Assembly (NCBI GenBank): GCA_035283125.1
Contig: DATEUN010000020.1
Coordinates: 6,092 to 70,091 of the forward strand
Reading direction: 5' to 3'
Source of the DNA: Anaerolineales bacterium
GTDB lineage: Bacteria; Chloroflexota; Anaerolineae; Anaerolineales; Villigracilaceae
DNA length: 64,000 bases
The translations under genes and the position numbers were made by a program. The notes under the pieces were generated by a model. That model did no database searches and had not been told where the DNA came from. It saw only the letters and a program-made list of their open reading frames with translations. Of the stretch, positions 26,641 through 36,170 are shown piece by piece (positions within the stretch are counted from its first letter, which is position 1; each line of letters starts with the position of its first letter).

Positions 26641-27765
26641 ATGGCTCGTGAATTGCTGAAGGGCAATGTAGCCATGGCTGAAGCAGCAGTTAGAGTCGGG
26701 CTGGAAGCCTATTTTGGATATCCCATAACACCTCAAACCGAACTATTAGAGCACCTTTCTGCCCGATTACCTGAATTAGGCAGAACATTTGTACAGGCTG
26801 AAAGCGAGGTTGCAGCAATCAACATGGTATATGGAGCTGCATGCACGGGTACCCGGGTCATGACATCGTCATCCAGCCCTGGGATTTCCTTGATGCAGGA
26901 AGGTATCTCGTATATTGCCGGGACAGAATTACCAGCGGTATTGATCAACGTAATGCGTGGCGGACCCGGATTAGGGAATATTGCCCCCTCCCAATCTGAC
27001 TACAACCAAGCTGTAAAGGGGGGAGGTCATGGAGATTACAATCTGATTGTTCTTGCTCCATCCACTGTTCAGGAAGCGATCGACCTGGTAGTTTTGTCTT
27101 TTGACCTTGCTGAAAAATACCGGATGATAACGATGATGTTGGCAGATGGCTCCATCGGCCAGATGATGGAACCGGCTGAATTACCGCAAATGCGACCAGT
27201 AGTAAGGAAGGATTGGGATTGGGCTGTAACAGGAGCAAAGGATCGGGACAGACGAATTCTATCCTCCATCTATATCAATCCTCCATTGGAGGAAGAAACC
27301 AATATTCGATTAATGAAAAGATGGCAGGAAGTTGAAGCCAATGAAGTTCGATATAAAGAATACTACCTGGATGATGCGGATTTCGTAGTCATCGGGTTTG
27401 GTACTTCGGGAAGAGTGGCTTTATCCGCCGTGCGAGCAGCACGGGCTGAAGGAATCAAAGTCGGATTACTGCGTCCAATAAGCCTGAACCCATTTCCATT
27501 TGCTCTAGTTGAAGAACTGGCTGAAAAGGCAAGCGCATTCCTTGTTGTTGAAATGAACAGCGGGCAGATGCTGGAAGATATCCGCCTTGCCACAAAGGGA
27601 CGCATCCCGGTAGAATTCTACGCACGCCTGGGAGGAATTGTTCCCTTCCCTGATGAAGTTCTGTCTGAAATTCACCGCATAGCCACAACCAAGCTGAATA
27701 CCAAAATTCATCCAAGAGATGCCTGGCTGGCTAGATTTACGGCACAGAACGGAGGTGGATCATGA
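26641..27765 (+). CDS. 2-oxoacid (2-oxoglutarate/2-oxoisovalerate-type):ferredoxin oxidoreductase alpha subunit
   Basis: [27 protein letters not shown] and [15 protein letters not shown] are typical of KorA/VorB. Substrate specificity cannot be assigned from sequence alone. Confidence 0.85.
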   Translation: MARELLKGNVAMAEAAVRVGLEAYFGYPITPQTELLEHLSARLPELGRTFVQAESEVAAINMVYGAACTGTRVMTSSSSPGISLMQEGISYIAGTELPAVLINVMRGGPGLGNIAPSQSDYNQAVKGGGHGDYNLIVLAPSTVQEAIDLVVLSFDLAEKYRMITMMLADGSIGQMMEPAELPQMRPVVRKDWDWAVTGAKDRDRRILSSIYINPPLEEETNIRLMKRWQEVEANEVRYKEYYLDDADFVVIGFGTSGRVALSAVRAARAEGIKVGLLRPISLNPFPFALVEELAEKASAFLVVEMNSGQMLEDIRLATKGRIPVEFYARLGGIVPFPDEVLSEIHRIATTKLNTKIHPRDAWLARFTAQNGGGS

Positions 27766-28544
27766 CAAATGAAATCGCCATTGCTGAAAATATAGTTTAC
27801 TCACGACCAAAAAGCCTGACAGAAGTCCATAATCACTATTGTCCTGGCTGCACCCACGGCATTGCACATCGACTAATCGCCGAAGTATTGGACGAGATGG
27901 GCATTCGTGATAAAACCATCGGAGTGGCACCGGTAGGTTGTTCGGTGTTTGCCTATAATTATTTTGATTGTGATTTTGTTGAGGCAGCTCACGGACGTGC
28001 CCCTGCCATGGCAACCGGGATCAAAAGGGTCCTTCCTGATCGGGCTGTATTCACTTACCAGGGAGATGGTGACCTGGCTTCGATTGGCATGGCAGAGATC
28101 ATGCATGCAGCTGCCAGAGGTGAAAATATTTCGGTTATATTCATCAACAACGCCATATATGGCATGACTGGCGGTCAGATGGCTCCAACCACACTACCAG
28201 GACAAAAAACAACATCATCGCCCACTGGAAGGGATGTGGAAACCGCCGGGTACCCCATCCGCATGGCCGAGATTCTGGCAAACATGGATGGCGCAGGTTA
28301 CATAGTTCGAAGGAGCCTGCATGATCCCAAGAATATCCGTCTATCCAAGAAAGCCATTCGGACTGCATTTGAAACACAGATGCATGGTCTTGGTTTTTCC
28401 CTTGTGGAACTGCTTTCCACGTGCCCAACCAACTGGGGTTTTACACCTGTTGAATCGTTGACCTGGCTTCAGGAGCACATGATACCGGTCTTTCCATTGG
28501 GTGATTTCAAAGTCTCCGAACACCTGGCAGCCATAAAACTTTAG
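27762..28544 (+). CDS. 2-oxoacid:ferredoxin oxidoreductase beta subunit (TPP-binding)
   Basis: CPGCTHG, the GDGD...NN TPP motif ([11 protein letters not shown]...[13 protein letters not shown]), and a 4-nt overlap with the alpha subunit. Confidence 0.9.
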   Translation: MTNEIAIAENIVYSRPKSLTEVHNHYCPGCTHGIAHRLIAEVLDEMGIRDKTIGVAPVGCSVFAYNYFDCDFVEAAHGRAPAMATGIKRVLPDRAVFTYQGDGDLASIGMAEIMHAAARGENISVIFINNAIYGMTGGQMAPTTLPGQKTTSSPTGRDVETAGYPIRMAEILANMDGAGYIVRRSLHDPKNIRLSKKAIRTAFETQMHGLGFSLVELLSTCPTNWGFTPVESLTWLQEHMIPVFPLGDFKVSEHLAAIKL

Positions 28545-28557
28545 ATCTGGAGTCAAC

Positions 28558-29127
28558 ATGCAAAAAGAAATACTAATAGCAGGGTTCGGTGGTCAGGGTG
28601 TTCTTTTTGCCGGGCAGGTAATGGCGTATGCAGCCATGGATACCGGAAAAGAGGTCACCTGGATCCCATCTTATGGCCCTGAAATGCGCGGCGGTACCGC
28701 CAATTGCACTGTTGTGATCGCTGACGAAGAGATCGGTTCACCCCTGGTGTTGAATCCCCCGGCAGTTATTGCCTTGAACCTCCCTTCTTTCGACAAATAC
28801 GAAGAGCTGGTGCAACCGGGAGGTGTACTGATCGTAAACAAGTCCATGGTAGACAGAGGTGCTTCCCGAAGTGACATCACCACCATATTTGTTCCCGGTA
28901 ATGAAATGGCTGAGGAGATTGGTGATCGTCGTCTCCTCAACATGGTGATGGTTGGAGCTTTGTTAGCCTGCCTTCTTGAATTGAACATCAGCGATATTAC
29001 GACTGCATTGAATGCTCATCTTCCTGAAAGACACAAAAAATTACTTCCCGAGAATGAAACTGCCCTTCAAAAAGGTTTTCGTTTTGCAAAGGAAGAGCTT
29101 AAAAAACAAGAATCCATAAGTTTATAG
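28558..29127 (+). CDS. 2-oxoacid:ferredoxin oxidoreductase gamma subunit
   Basis: IAGFGGQGVLFAGQV...YGPEMRGGTANCTV is a gamma-subunit signature. Confidence 0.9.
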   Translation: MQKEILIAGFGGQGVLFAGQVMAYAAMDTGKEVTWIPSYGPEMRGGTANCTVVIADEEIGSPLVLNPPAVIALNLPSFDKYEELVQPGGVLIVNKSMVDRGASRSDITTIFVPGNEMAEEIGDRRLLNMVMVGALLACLLELNISDITTALNAHLPERHKKLLPENETALQKGFRFAKEELKKQESISL

Positions 29128-29152
29128 GTTCCCCTCCTTCTGATTAATTTTC

Positions 29153-29186
29153 ACCTGTCAGAAAAAACATCTGGCAGGTTTTCTTA
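29153..29186 (+). terminator. Rho-independent terminator after the OFOR operon
   Basis: acctgtcag / ctggcaggt stem (one G-U pair) followed by tttctt. Confidence 0.6.
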
Positions 29187-29255
29187 TTCCATGGAAAGAT
29201 TCTCCCAACACGGATCACCCACGAAAACCTGAAATAATACTATAATGCCAACATT

Positions 29256-30188
29256 ATGAATTTCCTGATCACCGGAGCTGCCGGTTTTCTTGGCTCAGCA
29301 TTAGCCAACCAATTAGTGCGGGAAGGACACCAGGTGCGAGGATTGGATGACCTATCCACTGGCGACCCAGCTTCGTTATCACCGGATGTTCATTTCACCA
29401 GGGGGGATGTTAATGATCGACCAAAATTATGGACTTTGCTTCAAGAAATCGATTGTGTATATCACATGGCTGCCCGGGTTTCAGTCCAGGAGTCGATCTT
29501 ATATCCAAGGGAATACAACGCTGTTAACGTGGGAGGAACCGTAAGCCTGATGGAAGCCATGCGGGATGTGGGAGTTCGCCGGGTCATCCTGGCATCATCC
29601 GGTGCAATTTATGGAAACCAGGAAACACAACCACTGGTTGAGAATTTGATTCCCTCCCCCAGCTCGCCCTACGCCGTATCCAAGCTGGCTGCAGAGTATT
29701 ACATCCGTACGATCGGAACACTCTGGGGAATCGAAACAGCCTGCCTGCGGATCTTTAACGCTTATGGTCCCGGTCAACGCATACCTGCATCTCACCCGCC
29801 GATCGTACCACATACCCTCAGGCAGGCCATCCAGAACGGTACTTTAATCGTTCATGGCGACGGCCAACAAACCCGTGATTATATATACGTGGATGATGTT
29901 ACCAGTGCCATGGTGGCTGCAGCAACAGCTCCCAATATCAACGGAATGGTCATCAATGTTGGCAGTGGTGTGGAGACAAGTGTACGAGACCTGATCGACC
30001 GGGTTATTGATGCAACTGGAAGCAATGCAAATATCATTTACAATCAAAAAATAACCGGGGGCGTTTCCAATATGCGCGCAGACCTGACCCTGGCGTCCAA
30101 GAAACTCAACTTTAGACCATCAATATCATTGGAAGATGGGCTGCGTTTAACGTTGAAAAGGGATCTCCGTCTGCAACCAGTTCAATGA
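29256..30188 (+). CDS. NAD-dependent sugar-nucleotide epimerase/dehydratase (GalE-like SDR)
   Basis: ITGAAGFLGSAL Rossmann motif and the YxxxK motif (YAVSKLAAE). Confidence 0.85.
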   Translation: MNFLITGAAGFLGSALANQLVREGHQVRGLDDLSTGDPASLSPDVHFTRGDVNDRPKLWTLLQEIDCVYHMAARVSVQESILYPREYNAVNVGGTVSLMEAMRDVGVRRVILASSGAIYGNQETQPLVENLIPSPSSPYAVSKLAAEYYIRTIGTLWGIETACLRIFNAYGPGQRIPASHPPIVPHTLRQAIQNGTLIVHGDGQQTRDYIYVDDVTSAMVAAATAPNINGMVINVGSGVETSVRDLIDRVIDATGSNANIIYNQKITGGVSNMRADLTLASKKLNFRPSISLEDGLRLTLKRDLRLQPVQ

Positions 30189-30769
30189 CTTCCCCTGTTC
30201 CCATTCTAGCAAAAGAATTTTTTGATCGGTCAACCCTGGTGGTTGCCCGCGAACTGCTCGGCATGCGTCTTGTACGGAACCTGAACGGGAATAGGGTTTC
30301 CGGAATCATCATAGAAACAGAAGCATATATTGGAGAAACAGATCTAGGGTGCCATGCCAAGGCAGGTATGACAGCACGGACAAAAGTATTGTATGGTCCA
30401 CCTGGTCATGCATATGTTTACTTTACATACGGGCATCATTGGATGCTGAATACAGTTACTGAAAAAGCCGGATTTCCAGCAGCCGTTCTTCTGCGTGCCA
30501 TTCAACCCATGGAGGGGACCGAGATCATAAACACCAATCGGCAGGGGCGCGATACGAAAGGACCCGGCAAGTTAACCCAGGCATTACAGATCACCAAAGA
30601 TTTCAACAATATCGATCTTTGTTCGGTTTATTCCGGGTTATGGATCGAGAAAGGAAAATCTATTCCTGATGAAAACGTGACCATTGGGCCTCGAGTGGGT
30701 TTATATACTGTACCTGAACCCTGGAGATCCAAACCTTGGAATTTCCAGGTTAAACAAAATCGCCAATAA
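30185..30769 (+). CDS. DNA-3-methyladenine glycosylase (Mpg/AAG family)
   Basis: ARELLGMRLV...GIIIETEAYIGETDLGCHA...YFTYGHHWMLN...GPGKLTQAL is the AAG-family pattern. It overlaps the epimerase gene by 4 nt. Confidence 0.9.
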   Translation: MTSPVPILAKEFFDRSTLVVARELLGMRLVRNLNGNRVSGIIIETEAYIGETDLGCHAKAGMTARTKVLYGPPGHAYVYFTYGHHWMLNTVTEKAGFPAAVLLRAIQPMEGTEIINTNRQGRDTKGPGKLTQALQITKDFNNIDLCSVYSGLWIEKGKSIPDENVTIGPRVGLYTVPEPWRSKPWNFQVKQNRQ

Positions 30770-30842
30770 AGGCATATATATTTAATTGTGTTGGATGAGT
30801 GCACTGAAAAGAGGGCTCATCACAACATTTGTGGAGGTAAAA

Positions 30843-31634
30843 ATGGGATTGTTGGATGGAAAAATAGCACTCATATTTGGACTTGCCAACCATCGTTCAG
30901 TTGCCTGGGGTATTGCGCAAGCCATGCATGCCCAGGGAGCTACCATTGGATTAAGTTATGCTGGAGAAGCCCTCGAGCGGAGAGTCAAACCCCTGGCAGA
31001 ATCCATCGGCTGTACTTTCCTGGAAGAGTGCGATGTGAGCAACGATGAGGCTATCCAGCGCGTTGCAGACAAAGCAGCCAGTGAATTTGGGCAAGTGGAC
31101 ATACTTGTTCACTCGATCGCATTTGCCAATCGGGAAGAATTGACTGGTCCTTATTACAACACCAGCCGGGAAGGGTTCCATTTAGCCCTGGACATCAGTG
31201 CATATTCGCTGGTTGCCCTTGCACACGCATTTCAACCGATCATGCCGAGGGGAGGCAGCATGGTATGCATGACCTATTATGGAGCAACCAAAGTTGCACC
31301 CCATTACAATGTCATGGGTGTTGCCAAAGCTGCCTTGGAAGCCTCAACGCGTTACCTTGCATATGATCTTGGTCCCCAAGGCGTCAGAGTAAATGCAATC
31401 TCCTTTGGACCGATCCGAACTCTTGCAGCAGCAGGTGTAAGTGGTTTCAAGGACATGCTGAGGGAATTTGCAAACCTCTCCCCACTGGGTGAGAATATTT
31501 CTGTTGAAGATGTAGGCAATGCAGCAGTTTTTCTATGTTCAGACCTGGCATCCCGCACCACTGGAGAAATTCTCTACGTGGATTCAGGGTACAACATCAT
31601 GGGGGTGGCATCTCCCGAGGAAAAAACGGAGTAG
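30843..31634 (+). CDS. fabI: Enoyl-ACP reductase FabI
   Basis: [26 protein letters not shown], the YxxMxxxK region ([12 protein letters not shown]) and [14 protein letters not shown] 30843 is preceded by GGAGG. Confidence 0.9.
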   Translation: MGLLDGKIALIFGLANHRSVAWGIAQAMHAQGATIGLSYAGEALERRVKPLAESIGCTFLEECDVSNDEAIQRVADKAASEFGQVDILVHSIAFANREELTGPYYNTSREGFHLALDISAYSLVALAHAFQPIMPRGGSMVCMTYYGATKVAPHYNVMGVAKAALEASTRYLAYDLGPQGVRVNAISFGPIRTLAAAGVSGFKDMLREFANLSPLGENISVEDVGNAAVFLCSDLASRTTGEILYVDSGYNIMGVASPEEKTE

Positions 31635-31652
31635 AAGTGATAAAATAGCTTC

Positions 31653-32069
31653 ATGTTTAAACGAAATACAATTCAGGAATCAGCCCCAGCAATCAAGGCA
31701 GTTGAACGTGTTACTTCTGTCCTTGGAAATGGGATCATATGGCAGGGTACTTTATCTGGTTCCGGGGGTGTTCGCATTGAAGGGATCTTTGAAGGTGAGT
31801 TGAATCTCACTGGCATGCTTGTTGTCAGCGAAACCGGACGGGTTACCTGCAAGGAAATCCACGCCGAGACTGTCGTTGTGGCTGGTTCTGTAAAGGGAAA
31901 CATCACTGCAGAAAAAGTAGAAATTCGTTCAACAGGTCGAATTTGGGGAGATGTGGTTACAGTTTCTTTTGCCACCGAGGAAGGTTCTTTCCTGCGCGGC
32001 CAGATTCGGGTGGAAGAGAAACTAGGTGTTTCCACTCCAGATGAATCAAAATCTCCTGAAATAAATTAA
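31653..32069 (+). CDS. Bactofilin family cytoskeletal protein
   Basis: DUF583-type beta-helix: GTLSGSGGVRIEGIFEGEL...VVVAGSVKGNITAEKVEIRSTGRIWGDV. Confidence 0.85.
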   Translation: MFKRNTIQESAPAIKAVERVTSVLGNGIIWQGTLSGSGGVRIEGIFEGELNLTGMLVVSETGRVTCKEIHAETVVVAGSVKGNITAEKVEIRSTGRIWGDVVTVSFATEEGSFLRGQIRVEEKLGVSTPDESKSPEIN

Positions 32070-32072
32070 CCA

Positions 32073-33254
32073 ATGAATAAGATCCCATCACTTTTTCCAA
32101 TGTCATCACCAGACCTGGGAGATGCGGAGCGCGAAGCTGTCCAAGATGTTCTCCATACGCCCAATCTAAGCATGGGTCCAAGGATAGACCAATTCGAATC
32201 AGCCATATGCCGCTTTACAGGCAGTAAGAATGCCATAGCCGTTAACTCGGGAACATCGGGATTGCATTTATGCGTACGGGCATCAGATATTAAGAGCAGT
32301 GACTATGTCATTACATCACCATTCTCATTCGTTGCTTCCACCAATGTGATCCTCTTTGAAAATGCAATTCCCATCTATGTTGATATCGATCCCATTACTG
32401 GAAATATCGATACCAACCTGTTGAGATCTGCTGTAAACGATCTGATAACCGGTGGAAAGGTTGCAGAAAATTGGCTCCCCCGAAAAGGAGGATTTCCTGG
32501 TGGAAATTTGAAAGCCATTCTGCCGATCGATGTTTTTGGTCAACCAGCAGATCTTGATCCAATCATGGAGATTGCCAGACATCAAGGGTTGAAAGTGATA
32601 GAGGACTCATGTGAAGCACTTGGCGCAGAATATAAGGGACGCAAAGCTGGATCAATTGGAGATTTTGGTGTTTTTGCCTTCTACCCCAATAAACAGATAA
32701 CGACTGGCGAAGGCGGTGTTGTCGTTACAGATGATGACAATGCAGCAGATCTTATGCGGTCCTTGCGAAACCAGGGGCGGGCTGTTGGAGACACCTGGCT
32801 TCAACATACACACCTTGGATATAACTACAGGATGGACGAGATGTCTGCAGCACTGGGAAATGTTCAGCTATCGAGGATCGAAGAGTTATTATCCAAGCGT
32901 GAGCAGGTGGCTGCCTGGTACACTGAACGCCTTTCAGAAATACCAGGGATTGAAACTCAGAGTATTCATTCGAATACAACCCGTATGTCATGGTTTGTTT
33001 ATGTCATCCGATTTGCTGAAGGAATAAACAGGGATGAGATCGCCAGCAAGATAGAAAAATCGGGAGTCCCAGCCCGCCCATATTTTGTTCCCATCCACCT
33101 ACAGCCATACATGGTAGACCGGTTTAGTTACCAGGCAGGTGACTTCCCGTCCACTGAAGATCTTGGTAATCGCAGCCTGGCAATCCCCTTTTCTGGGATC
33201 ATGACGGAATCCCAGGTTGAGGAAATCTGCCGCATTATTCATTCTTCGCTATAA
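32073..33254 (+). CDS. DegT/DnrJ/EryC1/StrS family sugar aminotransferase
   Basis: AVNSGTSGLHL, EDSCEALGA, FAFYPNKQITTGEGG (PLP lysine) and NYRMDEMSAALG. Confidence 0.9.
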   Translation: MNKIPSLFPMSSPDLGDAEREAVQDVLHTPNLSMGPRIDQFESAICRFTGSKNAIAVNSGTSGLHLCVRASDIKSSDYVITSPFSFVASTNVILFENAIPIYVDIDPITGNIDTNLLRSAVNDLITGGKVAENWLPRKGGFPGGNLKAILPIDVFGQPADLDPIMEIARHQGLKVIEDSCEALGAEYKGRKAGSIGDFGVFAFYPNKQITTGEGGVVVTDDDNAADLMRSLRNQGRAVGDTWLQHTHLGYNYRMDEMSAALGNVQLSRIEELLSKREQVAAWYTERLSEIPGIETQSIHSNTTRMSWFVYVIRFAEGINRDEIASKIEKSGVPARPYFVPIHLQPYMVDRFSYQAGDFPSTEDLGNRSLAIPFSGIMTESQVEEICRIIHSSL

Positions 33255-33262
33255 GTTTAACC

Positions 33263-34177
33263 TTGGAACAAAAGAGCTTCTACCCACTAAAAAGAAAAGG
33301 ATATACTTTTCATGGAATCCTTATTCTAATCCTGCTTGCAATACTGTCTGTCAGTATCTGGCAGGCTGTAGTTTATGGTCAGGGAAGCGGGATGATCCTT
33401 TGGGCTATAGCCGCATTAATTACCATAATCCCACTACCTTTCCTGGTTTACAGGCTCTACTCTTTATATAGAGGTTTTTATTTACTGAGCCGGGAAACCC
33501 TGACAATACGATGGGGGCTTAGGCTGGAAAGGATAGCAGTTTCAGATATCGAGTGGATCCGATCTGCACAAGACCTGACCCATCCTTTGCGTTTACCAAT
33601 ATTTGCCACGGCTGGTGCAATACTGGGATATCAAACCCACCCGGATCTGGGAAATGTTGAATTCCTGGCTGCTGATAAGGGAAACTTGATTCTGGTTGCC
33701 TCCGCCCATAGGGTTTTTGCCATTTCACCCAGGGATCCAGTCAATTTTGTGGAGGAGTTCCAAAGAACAATCGAAATGGGAAGTCTTACGCCAATTCCAT
33801 CCCAATCAATTTATCCATCATTTGTGGTCAGCCAGGCATGGAACAATAACACCACCAGGGTCTTATGGACAGCAGGATTGATCTTGAATGCAGGAATACT
33901 TGTGTGGGTCAGTTTCCTGGTTCCCAAGTTGTCAGAGATACCACTTGGTTTCATTTCACCAGGTATTCCAAGAAATATCGTTCCAGGTGTCCAGCTTTTC
34001 CTGCTACCCATCATCAGTATTCTATTCTTCTTCACAAGCTGGCTGACGGGAGTGTATTTCTACAGGCGATCTCCGTCCAGAACTCTTGCGTTCCTTACAT
34101 GGGGATTTGCTGATTTTTCTTCAGTTTTATTTGTTCTTGCGATTCTTTTTATCATTACATCACCAGTTTCGATCTAA
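33263..34177 (+). CDS. Membrane protein with bacterial PH (bPH)-like domain
   Basis: TTG start; TM hairpin followed by LLSRETLTIRWGLRLERIAVSDIEWIR; further TM segments at the C-terminus. Confidence 0.55.
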   Translation: MEQKSFYPLKRKGYTFHGILILILLAILSVSIWQAVVYGQGSGMILWAIAALITIIPLPFLVYRLYSLYRGFYLLSRETLTIRWGLRLERIAVSDIEWIRSAQDLTHPLRLPIFATAGAILGYQTHPDLGNVEFLAADKGNLILVASAHRVFAISPRDPVNFVEEFQRTIEMGSLTPIPSQSIYPSFVVSQAWNNNTTRVLWTAGLILNAGILVWVSFLVPKLSEIPLGFISPGIPRNIVPGVQLFLLPIISILFFFTSWLTGVYFYRRSPSRTLAFLTWGFADFSSVLFVLAILFIITSPVSI

Positions 34178-34217
34178 GCTATACAAATAAATCAAAATTT
34201 CAAACCTGAGGATTGTT

Positions 34218-35024
34218 TTGACATACCAATTGTTATTCGGATTTCTGCTGGCAGTAATTGTCGCTTCCATGGCGTGGTACTTTAACAGCCTCTCGAAAAG
34301 CGGTGCACTTGGAGCTGTTTTAATCGGAACGGTCATCTTTGGTCTGGGAGGATGGAAGTGGGCTATTATCCTCCTTACCTTTTTCATTTCATCGAGTATG
34401 TTATCCCGTATGTTTTCGAACAGGAAGACAGGCTTGAGTGAAAAATTTGAAAAAGGCAGCCAGAGGGACATGAGCCAGGTGTTAGCCAATGGCGGTATCG
34501 CCGCCATCTTTACCATCATGCACTTTTTTTTTCCTTCGGAATCCTGGCCTTGGACAGGTTTTATCGCCTCAATGGCTGCGGTAAATGCAGACACCTGGGC
34601 TACTGAATTGGGAGTACTAAATCCCGGTCCACCAAGGTTAATGACAAATTTCAAGAAGGTTGAAAAAGGGACAAGCGGTGCCATCTCATTGGTTGGTACT
34701 TTAGCCTCGTTTTTAGGGGCGAGCCTGGTTGCCATTATTGCCATTTTTCTAATGCCGGTAGATGATCCTATTCTCTTATATTGCATTATCTCAATTTCCG
34801 GAATATTAGGTTCTGGATTTGACTCTTTGCTTGGCAGCACAATACAAGCCATTTATCGTTGCCCTGCCTGCAATAAAGAAACGGAACGCCATCCACTACA
34901 CAGCTGCGGAACAGAAACCACTTTAATACGGGGATTGAAATGGTTGAACAATGACCTGGTCAACGCTGGCTGTGCCTTTGCAGGTCCATTTTTTGCTCTT
35001 TTATTCCTCTGGATCGTTCGATAA
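34218..35024 (+). CDS. DUF92 (TMEM19-like) integral membrane protein
   Basis: SGALGAVLIGTVIFGLGGWKW, KGSQRDMSQVLANGG, NADTWATELG and GTSGAISL are DUF92 hallmarks. Near the C-terminus there is a Cys-rich insert, CPACNKETERHPLHSCG. Confidence 0.8.
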   Translation: MTYQLLFGFLLAVIVASMAWYFNSLSKSGALGAVLIGTVIFGLGGWKWAIILLTFFISSSMLSRMFSNRKTGLSEKFEKGSQRDMSQVLANGGIAAIFTIMHFFFPSESWPWTGFIASMAAVNADTWATELGVLNPGPPRLMTNFKKVEKGTSGAISLVGTLASFLGASLVAIIAIFLMPVDDPILLYCIISISGILGSGFDSLLGSTIQAIYRCPACNKETERHPLHSCGTETTLIRGLKWLNNDLVNAGCAFAGPFFALLFLWIVR

Positions 35025-35160
35025 AATGGTTATGGAGGACTTAGCGGAAAAACAAATTCATCCATTAAAAATCAAATTTATAGCATATAATCAGGAAGTT
35101 CAAAAATTGAATCATGTTGATCAATTATCAATTATGAAAATTTAATTTCAAGGAGTTATC

Positions 35161-35502
35161 ATGTCTGAAAACGAAAAAGTAGTAGAAATCCTTATGTTCC
35201 ACGATCCTGATGCTGTTTCACGCCTTACCCTGTGGACCAATATCATTGCCTGGGTTGTCCTGGTGGTTTCACTGATCGCATCAATCTCCAACGGTTACAA
35301 TTCACTTACCAGCAATTGGGCAAGTATTTTGGAACCATCCATCCCTGCCATGATGAAGGTCGGGTTCCTCGCCCAGATCGTGCAGGATTCCTTAACAGGT
35401 GTGGTTTTCTTCCTGGTTCTGCGGGGAGTATCGGTAGGGTTAAATCTTCTGCGTGACCTGTTCTACGGAAACATCGACGAGGATTTTGAAGAAGACGACT
35501 AG
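35161..35502 (+). CDS. Small 2-TM membrane protein with acidic tail, unknown function
   Basis: Good SD (aaggag), two hydrophobic segments and a C-terminal DEDFEEDD. A terminator follows. Confidence 0.55.
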   Translation: MSENEKVVEILMFHDPDAVSRLTLWTNIIAWVVLVVSLIASISNGYNSLTSNWASILEPSIPAMMKVGFLAQIVQDSLTGVVFFLVLRGVSVGLNLLRDLFYGNIDEDFEEDD

Positions 35503-35521
35503 ATCCATAATCTGATAACCG

Positions 35522-35577
35522 AAAAAGACCATCCTGACGCCTTAACTCCCGTGCGTTGAAGATGGTCTTTTTTATAT
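35522..35577. terminator. Bidirectional terminator between convergent genes
   Basis: aaaagaccatc (35523-35533) / gatggtctttt (35561-35571) with an internal acgc/gcgt helix. It is flanked by an A-run and a T-run. Confidence 0.7.
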
Positions 35578-35609
35578 TTCTTTTAAGCCATTCAATATAA
35601 ACGTAACGG

Positions 35610-36170
35610 TCAACCACTTAGGTGACCAATCACTATCCGGAGACCGATAAAGATCAATACCAATCCCCCGACGATCTCCATTTGTTTTCCGAATTTTCTT
35701 CCCAGGATGGTACCAAGCTTTAGACCTACCAGGGAAAGCAATCCAGTAACCAGACCTATTATCACCGCTGGGTACCAGATATTCACATCAATTAATGCCA
35801 GGCTGAATCCGACTGCCAATGCATCGATACTGACGGCGACTGAAAGAAGCAGCATAGTCCACCCACGGGATGGGTCTCGTGATCGTGAAGAGTTCACTCC
35901 GTCGAAGCCTGACCGAATCATTCTGCCACCCACAAAAACCAACAAAGCAAAGGCAACCCAATGATCAAAGCTTTCAATAAACCTGACAAGGTTTAAACCT
36001 GCGAACCAACCTGCTATCGGTAAAAGGAATTGAAATAAACCAAAATGGAAAATTAATCTAAACCTTGGCCGGATTCCTTCACATTGACCATCCGCCCCAA
36101 TACCCAGGCTTACAGCAAAAGCATCCATAGCCATGCTGATGGCAATTAATAGAACCTCGAGAGAATTCAA
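35610..36170 (-). CDS. mntP: Manganese efflux pump MntP
   Basis: LLIAISMAMDAFAVSLG and SIDALAVG duplicated DUF204 motifs, 6 TM segments, and a TTG start abutting the upstream stop. Confidence 0.85.
   Translation of the reverse strand: MNSLEVLLIAISMAMDAFAVSLGIGADGQCEGIRPRFRLIFHFGLFQFLLPIAGWFAGLNLVRFIESFDHWVAFALLVFVGGRMIRSGFDGVNSSRSRDPSRGWTMLLLSVAVSIDALAVGFSLALIDVNIWYPAVIIGLVTGLLSLVGLKLGTILGRKFGKQMEIVGGLVLIFIGLRIVIGHLSG

Noticed and set aside
34160-34852. 230-aa ORF antisense to the DUF92 gene
   Set aside because: The plus-strand frame carries unmistakable DUF92 motifs. The antisense product has no recognisable motif and no SD, and such shadow ORFs are expected opposite membrane-protein genes.
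35026-35145. 39-aa ORF (MVMEDLAEKQIHPLKIKFIAYNQEVQKLNHVDQLSIMKI) in the gap after the DUF92 gene
   Set aside because: It has no Shine-Dalgarno sequence and no recognisable features. I cannot support it as a gene from sequence alone.
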